Shown piece by piece: positions 62,575 through 64,000 of a stretch of 64,000 nt of DNA. The position numbers and the translations under genes are program-made. The notes beneath the pieces are model-generated. The model saw nothing but the letters and a program-made list of their open reading frames with translations, was not told the DNA's origin and ran no database searches. Origin of the DNA: Macrostomum lignano (taxonomy: Eukaryota); contig NIVC01002822.1 of the NCBI GenBank assembly GCA_002269645.1, positions 1-64,000 of the forward strand. Direction: 5' to 3'. How positions within the stretch are numbered: the first letter of the stretch is position 1; every line of letters starts with the position of its first letter.

Positions 62575-63592
62575 TCAGGGCGACCGCACGAGGCCGAAGA
62601 AGCTGCGGATCTCAGCCTCCGTCCTCGTGTCGTTTATGATGGCCACCGCCTGCACCGTGCCCTTCAGCATTCGAGAGTCGCCAGGTCGAAATCCCAAGCG
62701 GATGCAGCGGTATGTCGACACGGCGCCGTTACGCTGAGGAAGATCGCGCACAGCAGACCGCGGCACGAACCCGGAGTTGGAGAAGAAGTCGCGGCTCGAC
62801 GGAGACGCTGAAGTGATGCCGACCTCAACGAATTCATTCGGGTCAAACGAGTTCGTGGCAGATGGTGTGATGTAGTCAAAGAAAGATAAAGCCACCCTGA
62901 AGAAGTACAGTCCATATCCACCCGTCCAGCCGTCCCAAAACGCCGCGCCCAAAGCCGTGGAGTCGCAGTTGTAGGATTCGAGCAGCGGTTTCTCTCTCGG
63001 GGACTCCCGCTTGAGCCTGACCAGCCACGTGAGTCCCTGCTGCACGCTCGCGAGCTCCACGTTCTCCAGCCACATCTTGGACGACACTCCGTCGAGCTTG
63101 GCTCCCTCGCTGCTCCACTCCACATTCTCCGACATCCACTGCTGTGTCTGGCCACACACCAAGTTGCTCCTGCTGGCGTCCGCATCGTCGCTCATCACCC
63201 AGGCGGCCCTCAGCTTCGAGCCCACATCCAGCATGAGCTTCCTGCTCAAGGTGAGGAACTTGGCGGCTGTCTTTGGCGAATGCGGCACAGCGGCGGGGCT
63301 GCGAGCTCTCTGCAGCAGCGAGTCCATCGATGAGGTGGCACACTGCGGTGTACTGGAAGAGCGAGCACTGGTGAGTGTCCGAGTCGAACTGGGCCACCAG
63401 CTGGCCGGTCGAGTCTTCCGTGGACATGGCGAACAGGACGCAGTCGGAGACGCCGGATGGAGTTTCGTGCACCCGCACTGCTTGGGCCTCGGGCAGGCAC
63501 TGCGGCAATCCCAGATTCTGCCACTGGACAACCGAGCTGTCGCAAATAATCAGCTGGACGCAGCAGAGCAGAAGCAGAGCGCAGCCTGCCAT
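62575..63592 (-). pseudogene. PAN-like + LamG-like copy 6; single 2-nt frameshift (pseudogene or assembly error)
   Basis: ATG at 63592 with signal peptide MAGCALLLLCCVQLIIC, intronless. It reads gacagcc where other copies read gacagagcc/gccagagcc near 63268. Total 1018 nt. Confidence 0.8.
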
Positions 63593-63624
63593 GAGGTGTG
63601 CGAGGTCTGTGACTTCGACTGCTC

Positions 63625-63638
63625 TTTAAATATATATA
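63625..63638 (-). promoter_or_regulatory. TATA-like box ~35-45 nt upstream of the copy 6 ATG
   Basis: TATATATTTAAA on the - strand. Confidence 0.5.
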
Positions 63639-63805
63639 GTGTACTTCTTTTTGCGGGCTTAATTAGACTAGGAAACTTTTGAATTAAGTGCTCAAGTCAG
63701 TAAGAGGCAAGCAATCTTCCGCTGAACCCTTAGCAAGCCAAGAACCACTAGTAGTTACTTCTAGGTAACTAGGTTACTTAACTCCTAGTGGTCCTTAGAG
63801 CACCC

Positions 63806-63810
63806 ACACA

Positions 63811-63856
<46 letters not shown>
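63806..63856. repeat. (CA)n microsatellite
   Basis: Direct reading. Confidence 0.98.
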
Positions 63857-63857
<1 letters not shown>

Positions 63858-63899
63858 ATACAGAAGCTATACAGGCACACCATTATACAAGGTGAACGA

Positions 63900-63950
63900 C
63901 TATGTGGCCGTGCCTGCGGTATCGAACCCTGGTACCGCTGAGCTATCTTA
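63900..63950 (-). mobile_element. tRNA-derived SINE-like head with shortened A-B spacer
   Basis: TAGCTCAGCGG (63945-63935) and GGTTCGATACC (63928-63918) on -; the flank is homologous to that of the 58979 copy. Confidence 0.55.
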
Positions 63951-64000
63951 CAGATTCATGCGTGCTCACCTGTGTGCAGTTCATTAGCAACTTGCATGGC

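Overview
Eukaryotic (metazoan) genomic DNA. GC-rich exons, minisatellite-filled introns and RTE/Ngaro/Helitron/mariner elements would fit a free-living flatworm such as Macrostomum, but that is inference only. Main contents: (1) Six paralogs of an unnamed secreted protein (signal peptide + PAN/Apple-like module + LamG/concanavalin-A-like jelly-roll). Three lie on + (4973-6085 and 10408-11516 intact after splicing a phase-1 intron; 24760-25730 pseudogene) and three on - (54429-55360 pseudogene; 57635-58660 intact ORF lacking ATG; 62575-63592 one frameshift). All share a nearly invariant 393-bp core flanked by highly divergent N-terminal and hypervariable C-terminal modules that appear shuffled between copies. 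(2) Between the two clusters, two conserved multi-exon genes on -: ECSIT and FICD (HYPE). Almost every intron carries a different tandem array. (3) Mobile DNA: two decayed RTE-like LINEs; a 5.2-kb non-autonomous Helitron inserted precisely at an A|T inside a 60-bp array, with stacked 3' termini; a TIR-bounded Tc1/mariner derivative with TA duplication; a near-complete Ngaro-type tyrosine-recombinase retrotransposon with split direct repeats and point lesions at catalytic sites; a mariner relic; tRNA-derived SINE heads. Most long ORFs in the supplied track are artefacts of tandem repeats. All comparisons were made by eye; no database searches were run.
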